Shown here piece by piece: positions 10,371 through 20,491 of a DNA stretch of 64,000 nucleotides. The DNA lies in NCBI GenBank assembly GCA_963737265.1, contig CAVTRY010000012.1:1-64000 (forward strand), written 5' to 3'. The notes beneath the pieces are model-generated. The model saw only the letters and a list, made by a program, of their open reading frames with translations. It was not told the DNA's origin and made no database searches. Source of the DNA: an uncultured delta proteobacterium (lineage in GTDB: Bacteria > Myxococcota_A > Polyangia > Fen-1088). Both the position numbers and the translations under genes were made by a program. How positions within the stretch are numbered: the stretch's first letter is position 1; each line of letters begins with the position of its first letter.

Positions 10371-11519
10371 TCAGGGCTCGATCACCATGCGCGGCGAGTC
10401 GGCGCGCCCCCGGATTCGGTACACGCCGTTGACGAGAGGATCGCCCGCGTAGTTTGCCCATCTGAACTGAGCTAGGTACTCCTTTCCTGGGGTCCGCTTC
10501 CACGCCATGCTCTTTGCCTGCCAGGTTGCACCCGGCGCGAGGGTGACCAGCACTTCCTGGGCCGGGCGAGATGGAAGCGGCGCCAGTGGAAGGTTTTTCC
10601 AGTCGAGTGTGATCGATTCACCGGGTTTTTGCCCGGGGAACTCGGCGACCATCACGACCGAGAGGTGGAACGGCTCCGTGGCAATGATCCAGCGCGGGTC
10701 GGTGAAGCAGATGGTATCAACGCCAATGTTCTTCATCGAGACCACGAATCCCTCCCCCTCCGGCAGGTGCGTGCGCTCGAGGCCCAAGAGCACGGCCCGT
10801 TCGGGGTGGGCGAAGCTTTCAGACAACATGGCGTCCGTCTTCTCCAGGACCGGCGCAATCACGGAACGGTTCAGCTCGTCGCCGTCGTCGATGGTTTGTT
10901 GGCTCGGCTCGTTGGGCGGCTCGATCAGGGTGTACTTCGTTTGGGTGAAGCGCGGGTGGCCCGCCATCGAGGCGAGTCTTCCGAACAGCTTCGACGTCGT
11001 GACTACCGTGTGAAAGTCACGTACCGCTTGATCGTCGATGTGGGTGCGGAAGAGCCCAATGGGCGTGCCAGAAATGTCGGCGTCCGATCGGAAGTACTCG
11101 AGAGATACGAGGGCGCTCCTCGACTCGACCTGCAACGTCCAGTCGTACTCGTGCAAACCACCTCCGAGCAGTTGATCTCCATAGGCGTGAGCGACGAACG
11201 CGTAGTCAGGCACGCCCGGGCGCGGCCAGGCTGGGGTGGAAATCTTGGGAGAAACGGGAATGGCTATCATGGCTCGTACTCCAGCGCTTGAATAGGCAGG
11301 CGCGGGTTGGCCGGCCGGGTCTCGATGGGCAGCCGAGAGGGGCTTCTCGCTGAGGGGCCGAGCCTCCCCTGGCGCCGGACCGACCAAGCCAAGCGCCAGC
11401 AACAGTCCGCACCAGCGGGACAGCTTGCGGAGCCCTGCGCGCGGGAGGTGCCCGCGGGACGTCTCTTGATGCCTGAGTAAAACCGTTGCTCGTTCCTTCT
11501 CGACGAATGCTTCGGCCAT
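10371..11519 (-). CDS. Exported array protein, copy 2
   Basis: 382 aa paralog. Confidence 0.8.
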   Translation of the reverse strand: MAEAFVEKERATVLLRHQETSRGHLPRAGLRKLSRWCGLLLALGLVGPAPGEARPLSEKPLSAAHRDPAGQPAPAYSSAGVRAMIAIPVSPKISTPAWPRPGVPDYAFVAHAYGDQLLGGGLHEYDWTLQVESRSALVSLEYFRSDADISGTPIGLFRTHIDDQAVRDFHTVVTTSKLFGRLASMAGHPRFTQTKYTLIEPPNEPSQQTIDDGDELNRSVIAPVLEKTDAMLSESFAHPERAVLLGLERTHLPEGEGFVVSMKNIGVDTICFTDPRWIIATEPFHLSVVMVAEFPGQKPGESITLDWKNLPLAPLPSRPAQEVLVTLAPGATWQAKSMAWKRTPGKEYLAQFRWANYAGDPLVNGVYRIRGRADSPRMVIEP

Positions 11520-12017
11520 GGTTGAATCCTACTCGGTCTGCGTCGGAAAAGGCTAGGGCAGGCTGAGGCCGGCACAGTGTCGCCGGTTGATCTTGCCGGG
11601 ACCTCAAACCGACCTTGCTCGCGGGGCTAACCGCGCTGGCGGACCAGGTTACCCCGATCGTCGTCTGCATCTTGAGACGCGGACAGCGCATAGGTCCATG
11701 ACCGTAGGTTTGCCGGGGCAGACGGTTCGGGAATGAGTCGAAAGCGAAGCAATTGGGAGCTGTCCTCTGCCTCCACGTCAAAGCGCTGGATGGGACCAAA
11801 TACCTCGGCCAGCTGGGCCGGCTGGCAGGTGGGCAAGAATGGCCGAAGCACCCGCGGGTCGTAGTAGCGGAAGAAGAGTCGCTTGTGATTCTCGGTGCGG
11901 ACCTGCAGGAGCCTGCGCAGGTGGCGCCGGACCGCCACAAGCCCAGCGGTTGCCGCCAGGAAGATGCCCCACGAGTGCCCCCACCCTTGCTCGATCAATC
12001 GCGGCAACGTCACTGAG

Positions 12018-14746
12018 TGAAGTGGACCCCAAAAATGGGACCAGGAGCTAAGGTGTAGTCCGCCTCAACAACGAGGCAGGACACGATGAAAACGAACCGC
12101 CAAAAGCACACAGCACTCTTCAAGGCGCAGGTAGCTCTCGAAGCCATGCGGGAGCAGGCAACGGTTGTGGAGATCGGGCGCCGATACAAGATCAACCCGA
12201 ACCTGGTTCACAAGTGGAAGAAGGAAGCCGTCACACGGCTGGCCATGGTTTTCGAACCAGGCCATGCAAATGCAGAGGAATCGGCGAACGCCGAACGCGA
12301 ATCGGAATTGCTGCGCAAGGTGGGGCAGCTGACGCTGGAGAATGATTTTTTAGCACGCGGGCTCGCGCGCATTCGCTGACGGAGAAGCGCGCCATGATCG
12401 AGCCCCACAACGACCTATCTGTCCGTCGGCAGTGCGAGCTGCTGAATCTTGCGAGATCGGGCATCTACTGGGAGCCGATGCCGATGGCAGAGGAAGATCT
12501 GGCCATCTGCAAGGAGCTGGACAAGCTGCATCTCGAATTGCCAGCATTCGGCAGCCGGAAGCTGTCACGGTTGCTAAAGGCACAGGGGCAGACGGTGAAT
12601 CGCAAACGGGTGCAGAGACTGATGCGAATCATGGGCATCGAAGCGCTGGCGCCCAAACCACGGACGACCGTGCCCGCGCCGGAACATACGAAATTCCCGT
12701 ACTTGCTGCGCCATCTCGCGATCATTCGGCCCAATCAGGTGTGGGCCTCGGATATCACGTACATCCCGACGAGACAGGGGCATTGCTACCTGGTCGCCGT
12801 GATGGATTGGTACACGCGCCGGGTTCTGTCCTGGCGCATTTCAAACACGATGGACAGCCGTTTTTGCATCGAGGTCGTGGAAGAAGCTCTTGCGAACTTC
12901 GGCTTGCCGGAGATCTTCAACACCGACCAGGGGTCGCAGTTTAGGTGCCGTCAAGAAATAAACTTTACATGAGCGTCTGCCGCAGTACCATTTGAGCCGA
13001 TTGGACCCGACACAAAGTCTCAAAGGGAAGTTCCGTCTGGTGTGGCCACACTTGAGTGAGCGTGCTCGGCGTATGCTTGCGGCGGCGGAGGCCACCAATA
13101 TTGGCTATGGCGGCGTGAGTCTCGTGAGTCGCGCATGCGGCCTGTCACGGGTGACCATTACGAAGGGCGTGAAGGAACTGCGACAGAAACCTCTGCATGG
13201 AGAGCGAGTTCGACGGAAGGGAGCCGGACGCCCGAAACTGGTGACATACGATCCCGAGCTGCCGCGGCTGCTTGAGTCGCTGGTGGAGCCGCTTACCCTC
13301 GGCGATCCGGAATCGCCGCTTCGGTGGACATGCAAGAGCACTCGGGCCCTCGCTCTGGAGTTGACTGCGCGCCGCCACCCAATAAGCCACGAGAAGGTTG
13401 CCCAACTTCTACGAGACATGGACTATAGCTTGCAGGGGAACAGGAAGACCGAAGAGGGGGAGGATCATCCGGATCGCGATGCCCAGTTTCGGCACATCAA
13501 TCGAGAGGTGCGACGTACGATGGCGGAGATGTGCCCTGTGATTTCGGTGGACACCAAGAAGAAAGAACTCGTCGGAAACTATCGAAACGCCGGACAGCAG
13601 TGGCGACTCAACGGGACTGCCGACGTGGTGAACGGCCACGACTTCCCGGATCCGTCAGTGCCCCGCGCGTACCCATATGGCATCTACGACATGGCACGCA
13701 ACACGGGATTCGTGAATGTCGGAACCGACCACGACACGGCGGCGTTCGCGGTAGCGTCGATACGCGGATGGTGGCAGCACGAAGGAAGGCACTTGTATCC
13801 TCAGTCCACCCAGCTGCTGGTCACGGCTGACTCTGGCGGCAGCAACGGCTACAGGCTGCGCTTGTGGAAGGTCGAACTGCAGCGACTTTCCGATCAGACC
13901 GGTCTATCGATCAAGGTGTGCCACTTTCCGCCAGGAACGAGCAAATGGAACAAGGTCGAGCACCGGCTCTTTTCATTCATCTCGTCGAACTGGCGGGGTG
14001 AGCCGTTACGTGACTACGAGACAATCGTGGGCCTGATTGCAGGAACGACCACAGCAAAGGGACTCGCAGTCCAGTGTCGTCTCGATCGGCGCAAGTACCC
14101 AGTCGGCCGACGGATCACTGACGAGGAATTGGCGGAACTCAGTATCACCCGGTTGCCGTTCCACGGTGAATGGAACTACACAATCCATCCCAGGCGAGCA
14201 CGTAAGCTGTAAATGTTAATTCTTGACGGCGCCTTACCGACGACAACTTCACATCGGTTTTGCTGGACAAGGGCGTAAAGGTCAGCATGGACGGTCGCGG
14301 CCGATTCATGGACAACATCTTCGTCGAGCGTCTATGGCGGTCTGTCAAATGCGAGGAGGTCTACTTGAACGACTACCGAGACGTGGCCGACGCCCGCAGT
14401 GGCATCGCGATCTACCTGGACAAGTACAACCACAGGCGGCCTCACCAAACCCTTGGATTTCAGACACCCGTAGCGTTTTACGAATTCGAACTAAAGAAGT
14501 CGGCGATGAAAGAGGCCGCCTAAATCGCCGCTGCATCATGCTGATGGCACGCTGCCCACAACTGCAACGCGTTCACCTGCTTCTGTGGGGCCGTGCGCGC
14601 ATTGCATCCGTGGACAGCAGCCATCAGCATGCCTCCGCTCTCAACAATTTCCTTGCCGGCGAGGCTCACCCGGATCTACAAACAAACCCACGCGGACTCT
14701 CTCTTAGCTCGGGCCATTTCTGGTCCTACCAAAGGGGTCCACTTCA
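12018..14746 (+). mobile_element. IS3-family element copy 1 (orfA 12086-12379; orfB interrupted)
   Basis: TGAAGTGGACCCC...GGGGTCCACTTCA IRs, 3-bp TSD GAG. Confidence 0.95.
12944..14233 (+). mobile_element. ISAzo13-family element nested in IS3 orfB; transposase 12992-14212
   Basis: IRs GGTGCCGTCAAGAA / TTCTTGACGGCGCC, TSD TTA. Motifs ISVDTKKKELVG and PPGTSKWNKVEHRLFS. Confidence 0.93.
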
Positions 14747-14975
14747 GAGCCAGGCACGATGCGCAGCAGGTACGGCGAAGCTGCCAGGAGATCCTCGGAC
14801 AGGTGCCCTGTAAACAGGCAGCTGTATTCGAAGCCCGAAGCCTTGATCCAATGGTGGATGCCACGTTCCCTGGCTGCATCGATTAGGGCGTAGAGCGATG
14901 TGCCTTCTCTCTCGTAGCGATAGAATAGAAGGTCGAGCAGACGTTGTGTCTGTCTGTCATCCACGACGTGCTCTC

Positions 14976-16046
14976 TCAGGGCTCGATCACCATGCGCGGC
15001 GAGTCGGCGCGCCCCCGGATTCGGTACACGCCGTTGACGAGAGGATCGCCCGCGTAGTTTGCCCATCTGAACTGAGCTAGGTACTCCTTTCCTGGGGTCC
15101 GCTTCCACGCCATGCTCTTTGCCTGCCAGGTTGCACCCGGCGCGAGGGTGACCAGCACTTCCTGGGCCGGGCGAGATGGAAGCGGCGCCAGTGGAAGGTT
15201 TTTCCAGTCGAGTGTGATCGATTCACCGGGTTTTTGCCCGGGGAACTCGGCGACCATCACGACCGAGAGGTGGAACGGCTCCGTGGCAATGATCCAGCGC
15301 GGGTCGGTGAAGCAGATGGTATCAACGCCAATGTTCTTCATCGAGACCACGAATCCCTCCCCCTCCGGCAGGTGCGTGCGCTCGAGGCCCAAGAGCACGG
15401 CCCGTTCGGGGTGGGCGAAGCTTTCAGACAACATGGCCCGCCTCTTCCTGAGGACCGGCGCAATCACGGCGTTGTTCAGCTCGTCGCTGTCGTTGATCTC
15501 TTGGTGCAGCGGCTCCTTGGCCGGCTCGATCAGGGTGTACTTCGTTTGGGTGAAGCCTGGGTGGCGATCCATCGAGGCGAGCACTCCAAACAGCTTCGAT
15601 GTCGTGACCACCGTGTGAAAGTCACGTACCGCTTGATCATCGATGTGGGTGCGGAAGAGCCCAATGGGCGTGCCAGAAATGTCGGCGTCCGATCGGAAGT
15701 ACTCGAGAGATACCAACGCGCTCCTCGACTCGACCTGCAACGTCCAGTCGTACTCGCTCACCCCGACTTCGAGCTCTTCACCGCCATAGGCGTGAACGAC
15801 GAAAGCGTAGTCAGGCACGCCCGGGCGCGGCCAGGTCGAGGTGGAAACCTTGGGAGAAACGGGAATAGCAATCATGGCTCGTACTCCAGCATTGGGATAG
15901 TTGGGGGCTGAATCAGCGTGCTTGACCTTGGGCGATGATGGACGCCCAATAGGAGAATCTCGGGCATCCGCCGGGGTCGTCCCGATGAGCCCCATAGCGA
16001 TGAGCAAAGGATAGCACCGGGCTATGCTTAGGCGGCGCAAGGTCAT
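14976..16046 (-). CDS. Exported array protein, copy 1 (effector-proximal, distinct signal peptide)
   Basis: 356 aa. Own N-terminus MTLRRLSIARCYPLLIAMGLIGTTPADA. Overlaps the upstream stop (ATGA). Confidence 0.82.
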   Translation of the reverse strand: MTLRRLSIARCYPLLIAMGLIGTTPADARDSPIGRPSSPKVKHADSAPNYPNAGVRAMIAIPVSPKVSTSTWPRPGVPDYAFVVHAYGGEELEVGVSEYDWTLQVESRSALVSLEYFRSDADISGTPIGLFRTHIDDQAVRDFHTVVTTSKLFGVLASMDRHPGFTQTKYTLIEPAKEPLHQEINDSDELNNAVIAPVLRKRRAMLSESFAHPERAVLLGLERTHLPEGEGFVVSMKNIGVDTICFTDPRWIIATEPFHLSVVMVAEFPGQKPGESITLDWKNLPLAPLPSRPAQEVLVTLAPGATWQAKSMAWKRTPGKEYLAQFRWANYAGDPLVNGVYRIRGRADSPRMVIEP

Positions 16047-16507
16047 GAACCCTGGGCACTCCCATCGTCTTGCGCGGGTAGGGAGGTCGGACGGAATGAC
16101 GAGAAGACGGCGTCGAACAGCGCCTCGGTTTCGGCGAACGTCTCCGCGAGGCTCGTCGCCGTCAGCGTGACGACCCGATCAGGCGCGGTCAAACTGAGGT
16201 AGCGCTGCTTTTGCCGCAGGCGACGCCGGGGCTCGCCCCACTCGTAGACGCTGGTCCGGGCCGGCAGCTCGCCTTGCAGGTCGGGCGTGTTGCTCACGAT
16301 CGCCACCGCCGGCAAGAGTTGCTGGATTTTGGCGAGCTGTTCGTCCACGTACGCAGAAAGCTCGACCGGCCGAACGAGTCGCTCGGTCTTGACCACCACG
16401 GAAGGCGAGAAATCCGCGCGAGCTCTGAAGGCAAACGCGTACGTCGATTCATCGCGAAAGTCTGCGGGCAACTCGATGGCGAAGTCAGTACCGTGGAATG
16501 TGGGCAT
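16043..16507 (-). CDS. DcrB/DUF1795-like T6SS-associated protein
   Basis: 154 aa; ELPADFRDES, LRQKQRY and VTLTAT pattern typical of this fold. Confidence 0.7.
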   Translation of the reverse strand: MPTFHGTDFAIELPADFRDESTYAFAFRARADFSPSVVVKTERLVRPVELSAYVDEQLAKIQQLLPAVAIVSNTPDLQGELPARTSVYEWGEPRRRLRQKQRYLSLTAPDRVVTLTATSLAETFAETEALFDAVFSSFRPTSLPAQDDGSAQGS

Positions 16508-16530
16508 GGTTCTAGAATTTTCCTTTCGGT

Positions 16531-18075
16531 TCAGAACAGCGAGCCAATCCCGGCTCCAGCGAGGGCCCCCAGCGCGGCTCCGGCCGCGGCTCCTGCCACC
16601 GCGCCGAGCGGATTGCCACCGCTTGCGATGAAACCAATAATCGCGCCCGCCACGGCACCCACAATCCCGCCGATAATGGCGCCGAGAAGTGCCTCCGACC
16701 CCGAGCTGGACGACTCGGACATCGACGTGCCGGCAGGCGACGCGAGGTTCGCACCCTTGGCGACGGCTTCGTAGGTATACGTCTTGCCAAACTGGTCCTG
16801 CACTAGTAGCGCCAGAATCTCGCAGATCCCCTTGTAGTGCCGGCGCTTGGCTTCCTTTAGCTTCTTGCCCATGAGACAGTCGTCGTCGAGGCCATTGCTC
16901 AATCCGTCGCTGTCGCTGACGCCATACTGGGTGGTCCCGACGAGGGCGTATTCGTCGGGGGCACCCAGCAGGTGCCCGAACTCGTGCGGGGCCAAGCCGT
17001 CACGATTGTCGCCCATCGCCCACATGCCCGAATCCGAGCGAACGTTCTCGCGAACGATGATGATCACATCGGCGCCATAGGCGCTGGTCGGTTCGAACGT
17101 CGACACGCACCGGGTCTTATAGCGACAGCACTCCGACTTGGTAGATTTGCATTCCTTGCGTTTGAGATCGAACTTGTCGGTCCACCGCTCGTCGATCTTG
17201 CTCTTCCACTTGGTCAGGGTGGTGTCAGTCATGTTACCGGGCCCCGCGTAATCGCTCGTCGGCCAATCCGTGAGCGGCTGGGGCCAGGACCGCGAAGGAG
17301 CGTCTCGGGAAACCCAGGCGCCGCCCGACTGGTAGAGCGGCGTTCCGAAGTGGTTGCCGTTGTCGGGTGACCAACCGGCGGGCGGGTTCTGCCAAGCGGT
17401 GCCGTCCCAATACTTGAAATGATCTACCTTCGGGTCGAAGTAACCCCAGTGGTTCATCACGCCAAATGCCATGAAGCCACCGCCAAGCGATGGGTCGTCT
17501 AAGAGCAGGCGCTCCTTGCCAATCCCCCGCACGTACTTGAGGACACCGTAGATAGTGAGCAAATAGTTGGCGACCTCGAGCTCGAACCTGCACGCGACGC
17601 CGACCTTGTGCGAGGTGGTCGTGCCAGGGTCCGTGCGATCGTACTCGGTGGTGTGGGTCTTGGTGTCGCGCTTGACGTTCGGGATCATGTGGACGACGAG
17701 CGGCTTCTCGGTCTTCTTGTCCGCCGCCTTACCGTCGAGCTCGCGAACATCCTTCCAGGAAGGCCCCCCAATGGGCAGCAGGTCCTTGATTTCCCATGGG
17801 CTGCTGAACGCGTTCCCTGAGACCTTGCCGTTCAGATTGGTGATGGCGGAGGCGTCGGCGCGGCCCTCGATGGCGATAGGCAGAGCCTCGCCATCGGAAT
17901 AATTGACTGTCGTGCCCGAGATGCCCACGGTCTCCGAGCACCAAGCATCGGCCTGGTCCCAGCTGACGTCGACCACTTTTTTGAGAGGGCAGGGCTTGAC
18001 CGTGTCGCCGGGGGCGGCCGAGTCGCTGCACGTCTTTTGGGCGTCCGCGTCTGCCGCTGCAGCATCACCGGCCAC
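16531..18075 (-). CDS. Candidate effector: HExxH metallopeptidase-like protein with C-terminal glycine zipper
   Basis: HEFGHLLGAPDEY motif; GAIIGGIVGAVAGAIIG...GALAGAGIG tail; T6SS adaptor context. Confidence 0.7.
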   Translation of the reverse strand: MAGDAAAADADAQKTCSDSAAPGDTVKPCPLKKVVDVSWDQADAWCSETVGISGTTVNYSDGEALPIAIEGRADASAITNLNGKVSGNAFSSPWEIKDLLPIGGPSWKDVRELDGKAADKKTEKPLVVHMIPNVKRDTKTHTTEYDRTDPGTTTSHKVGVACRFELEVANYLLTIYGVLKYVRGIGKERLLLDDPSLGGGFMAFGVMNHWGYFDPKVDHFKYWDGTAWQNPPAGWSPDNGNHFGTPLYQSGGAWVSRDAPSRSWPQPLTDWPTSDYAGPGNMTDTTLTKWKSKIDERWTDKFDLKRKECKSTKSECCRYKTRCVSTFEPTSAYGADVIIIVRENVRSDSGMWAMGDNRDGLAPHEFGHLLGAPDEYALVGTTQYGVSDSDGLSNGLDDDCLMGKKLKEAKRRHYKGICEILALLVQDQFGKTYTYEAVAKGANLASPAGTSMSESSSSGSEALLGAIIGGIVGAVAGAIIGFIASGGNPLGAVAGAAAGAALGALAGAGIGSLF

Positions 18076-18436
18076 GGGCGATCCTCCTGGCTTCGAGTTG
18101 GTATTCAGTGGCGTCGCGCAGGCGATCCATCTTCCGACCTGGGGGTAGCGCGCTGGTCAAGAGCGCAGGCGCCCAAGGGTGCTCGGGCGATTGGTCGAAG
18201 CTCTCTCCGAGATAGCGCATGACGTGCAGGTAGCGTGCGACGTCCAGCTCGACCTCAAACCCGTAGCGACGGGCACGCGCCATTCCTTGCTGCACGAAGG
18301 CGAGCAAGGCCTCGAAGGTATGGCCCTCGGCCCATGCAGGGAAGACACGTCGAAGGTGCTCAACCATTCGGGCCGCGAACGTCTCGCACCGTGCCTCCGA
18401 CAACCTTCGGAGCTGGGCATCGCGAATCACCAACAT
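18065..18436 (-). CDS. Hypothetical protein in the DUF4123/T6SS locus
   Basis: MLVIRDAQL...ARARRYGF pattern; overlaps the next gene. Confidence 0.65.
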   Translation of the reverse strand: MLVIRDAQLRRLSEARCETFAARMVEHLRRVFPAWAEGHTFEALLAFVQQGMARARRYGFEVELDVARYLHVMRYLGESFDQSPEHPWAPALLTSALPPGRKMDRLRDATEYQLEARRIARGR

Positions 18437-18511
18437 TCTGCTGCCTCACTCGAACGAATCATCAAGCGGTGTTTTGAGCGAGACGTCATTGGAAGTCACC
18501 GGGAAGCTGGT

Positions 18512-19609
18512 CTAGGCCGCGGCCGCGGGTGGCGGTCCACAATCCGCGCAGAAGGGTGAGCCGTCCTGAGAAGCCTGCCTCAGAGCCTCCGCCTGTTTTG
18601 CCTCGCGCAAGGCAGCGCACGGCCGGCAGGCTTCGTCTTCGACGGGCGGGGCGGCCGGAGCGTCGTTCGGTCTCCCCTTCGTCTGGGGTGGCGTGACGGC
18701 CGGTTCGTCATCCTTGCCAGCGGGGGCCCGGGCTTGGACCAACCGCACCAACACCAACCCTTCGGGGTTCGACGGGTGCCAGTCCTTTCCCAGATTCTCG
18801 GCGGCCTGGCCCAGAACATCCGCGGAGGCGGGGGATTCCTTCGCTAGGCCGTCCAACACGGCTCGGGCCTCGGATGGTGATACCACCGCGAATGTGTCGC
18901 GCGTCTGAAGAGGCAGGTCGTCGGCCACTACCAGCTTGTACTGGCGTCCCTGGAAAGCGAGCCTGCCCATTCTATCGACCTGCTCAACCAGGCTGCGCAG
19001 CTCGACCGACGAGCCCTTAACCTCCGTGCGGCGGGTTGGTCCCGCGCCCTTGCGAATGGCGATGATCCGATGGTCATCGATGGCACGGATGATGGTGGTC
19101 CGCACCTCGTGGTCGCTCATCCTCGGCAAAGCGTACATCCGGTCAGGGCATCGAAGCTCGGCGTCTGCCACGAAACCGCGCGCCTTCATCAGGTCGAAGT
19201 CGGAAACTCTATTCAGGACCCAGAGCGCCTGCCATCGATCCGCCTCCTGGTATCCCCCCTCGCGGCGCAGATCATGCCATTCCCAAGACGGGATGAGGAT
19301 GATCTCTCCGTCGGGGGCGTCGTATAACCTGAGAGTTCCACGAATGGGGAGCATGGAAAACAGGGCGTTTCCGTAAGATGGTAGGCGCAATCGGAGCAGG
19401 GGCGCATGGATGATTGACGCACCGGTGCTCGGCGGCACCAGTTTATACTCCGGCGCTCCACGGAACATGTCAACGCGAATGAGACATTGGGTTTCATGAA
19501 TTTCGCTCCACGGTCGGACCGGGGCTTGTGACCACCCTCGGTCGCGGCTGGACCGGATTCCAAGACGAGAAAGGCAGCCTGATCTGCCGTGCTGCGCGAC
19601 TTTCTTCAA
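18512..19609 (-). CDS. Hypothetical protein with C-terminal QAEALRQASQDGSPFCADC motif (start uncertain)
   Basis: Long ORF co-oriented with the locus. The C-terminal motif resembles tails I recall from T6SS spike-associated proteins (unverified). Confidence 0.55.
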   Translation of the reverse strand: MKKVAQHGRSGCLSRLGIRSSRDRGWSQAPVRPWSEIHETQCLIRVDMFRGAPEYKLVPPSTGASIIHAPLLRLRLPSYGNALFSMLPIRGTLRLYDAPDGEIILIPSWEWHDLRREGGYQEADRWQALWVLNRVSDFDLMKARGFVADAELRCPDRMYALPRMSDHEVRTTIIRAIDDHRIIAIRKGAGPTRRTEVKGSSVELRSLVEQVDRMGRLAFQGRQYKLVVADDLPLQTRDTFAVVSPSEARAVLDGLAKESPASADVLGQAAENLGKDWHPSNPEGLVLVRLVQARAPAGKDDEPAVTPPQTKGRPNDAPAAPPVEDEACRPCAALREAKQAEALRQASQDGSPFCADCGPPPAAAA

Positions 19610-19763
19610 TCTGGCCGGCGCGAACCAAGCGGTCGGCCAGTTGTCGCTGGTGAACCTTTACAAACGGCGAGGCGACTCGCCCCGTGCTGCGCTCGCGGCA
19701 AGCAATCCCTGTACGGTCTGCTGCTGCTCAAGGCTCTCGGGCAGAAAATCGCCCAGGCGCCCC

Positions 19764-19875
19764 CCCATGGCATCGGCCGTCGAGAAGTTCTGGGTCACGC
19801 TCACGAACGCGACGTTGGCGCGGTTGAACCGGTCCATCAGCTTGGCGAAGTCGAGCAGCGAGCGGCTCAGACGGT
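19764..19875 (-). pseudogene. ~110-bp internal fragment of a serine recombinase gene
   Basis: Manual translation [37 protein letters not shown]. Confidence 0.8.
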
Positions 19876-20491
19876 GCGGTCACAACGCCCCGCAAGGCTT
19901 GAGCAAGAGCACTGCGGGGCTCACGCAACTTCCGTGCCCCGCTGACCGACATCCTCCTTCATGGAGGCAGCGGCATGCGCAAAACCTGCGACCGGGTACA
20001 CCTATGCCCGCCGGGAGCCGGAAAAGACCGCCCTTTTCCAGGTGCTCCAGCAGCATCTTCTGACCTTCGAGCAGGAGTGGACCGACAAGTCCGACGGCCG
20101 CACGCTGCCCAGCTTCGTCACCGACGAGCTGCACGACTTCCTAGGGTGTGGAATCTTGGCGCGGGGCTTCGCACAACTTTTCTGTAAAACCTGCCACGAG
20201 CGGTATGCGGTGGCTTGGTCCTGCAAAGGTCGTGGTTTCTGTCCGAGCTGTGGCGGCAGACGCATGAACGCGGGGGCGCTGACTCTCGTCGACCACGTGC
20301 TGCCCGAAGTGCCCATCCGACAATTCGTGCTTACGCTGCCTTTCCCGCTGAGATTTCCCTTGGCCTTCGACGGAAAACTACTCGGCCAAGTCCTGCGCAT
20401 CTTCATCGACACCGTGGCGTCCAACTATCGCAAGCGCATGGCAGATCGGGGTATTGCCGACGGCGAGTGTGGCGCCGTCACTGTCATCCAA
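19876..20491 (+). mobile_element. IS91/ISCR-like 5' remnant (copy C; transposase start 19961) fused to hsdR
   Basis: YARREPEKTAL, CKTC, SCKGRGFCPSC, RQFVLTLP; breaks after GAVTVIQ. Confidence 0.88.

Larger units (their letters stand above)
11627..14964 (-). pseudogene. DUF4123 gene interrupted by IS3 (with nested ISAzo13)
   Basis: Halves 14747-14964 and 11627-12017 rejoin at the GAG target duplication. Confidence 0.9.
6599..16046 (-). repeat. Tandem array of ~1.87-kb units (exported variable protein plus DUF4123 adaptor)
   Basis: Paralog stop codons at 6633, 8504, 10371 and 14976. Periods are 1871, 1867 and 1873 bp (the last after removing the 2732-bp IS insertion). A fourth DUF4123 start (6599-6621) is cut by IS21. 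Confidence 0.95.

Noticed and set aside
6633-16046. Diversity-generating retroelement as the source of array variation
   Set aside because: Differences include indels and all base types over hundreds of bases. No template repeat is visible, and the only RT is a broken group II intron fragment.
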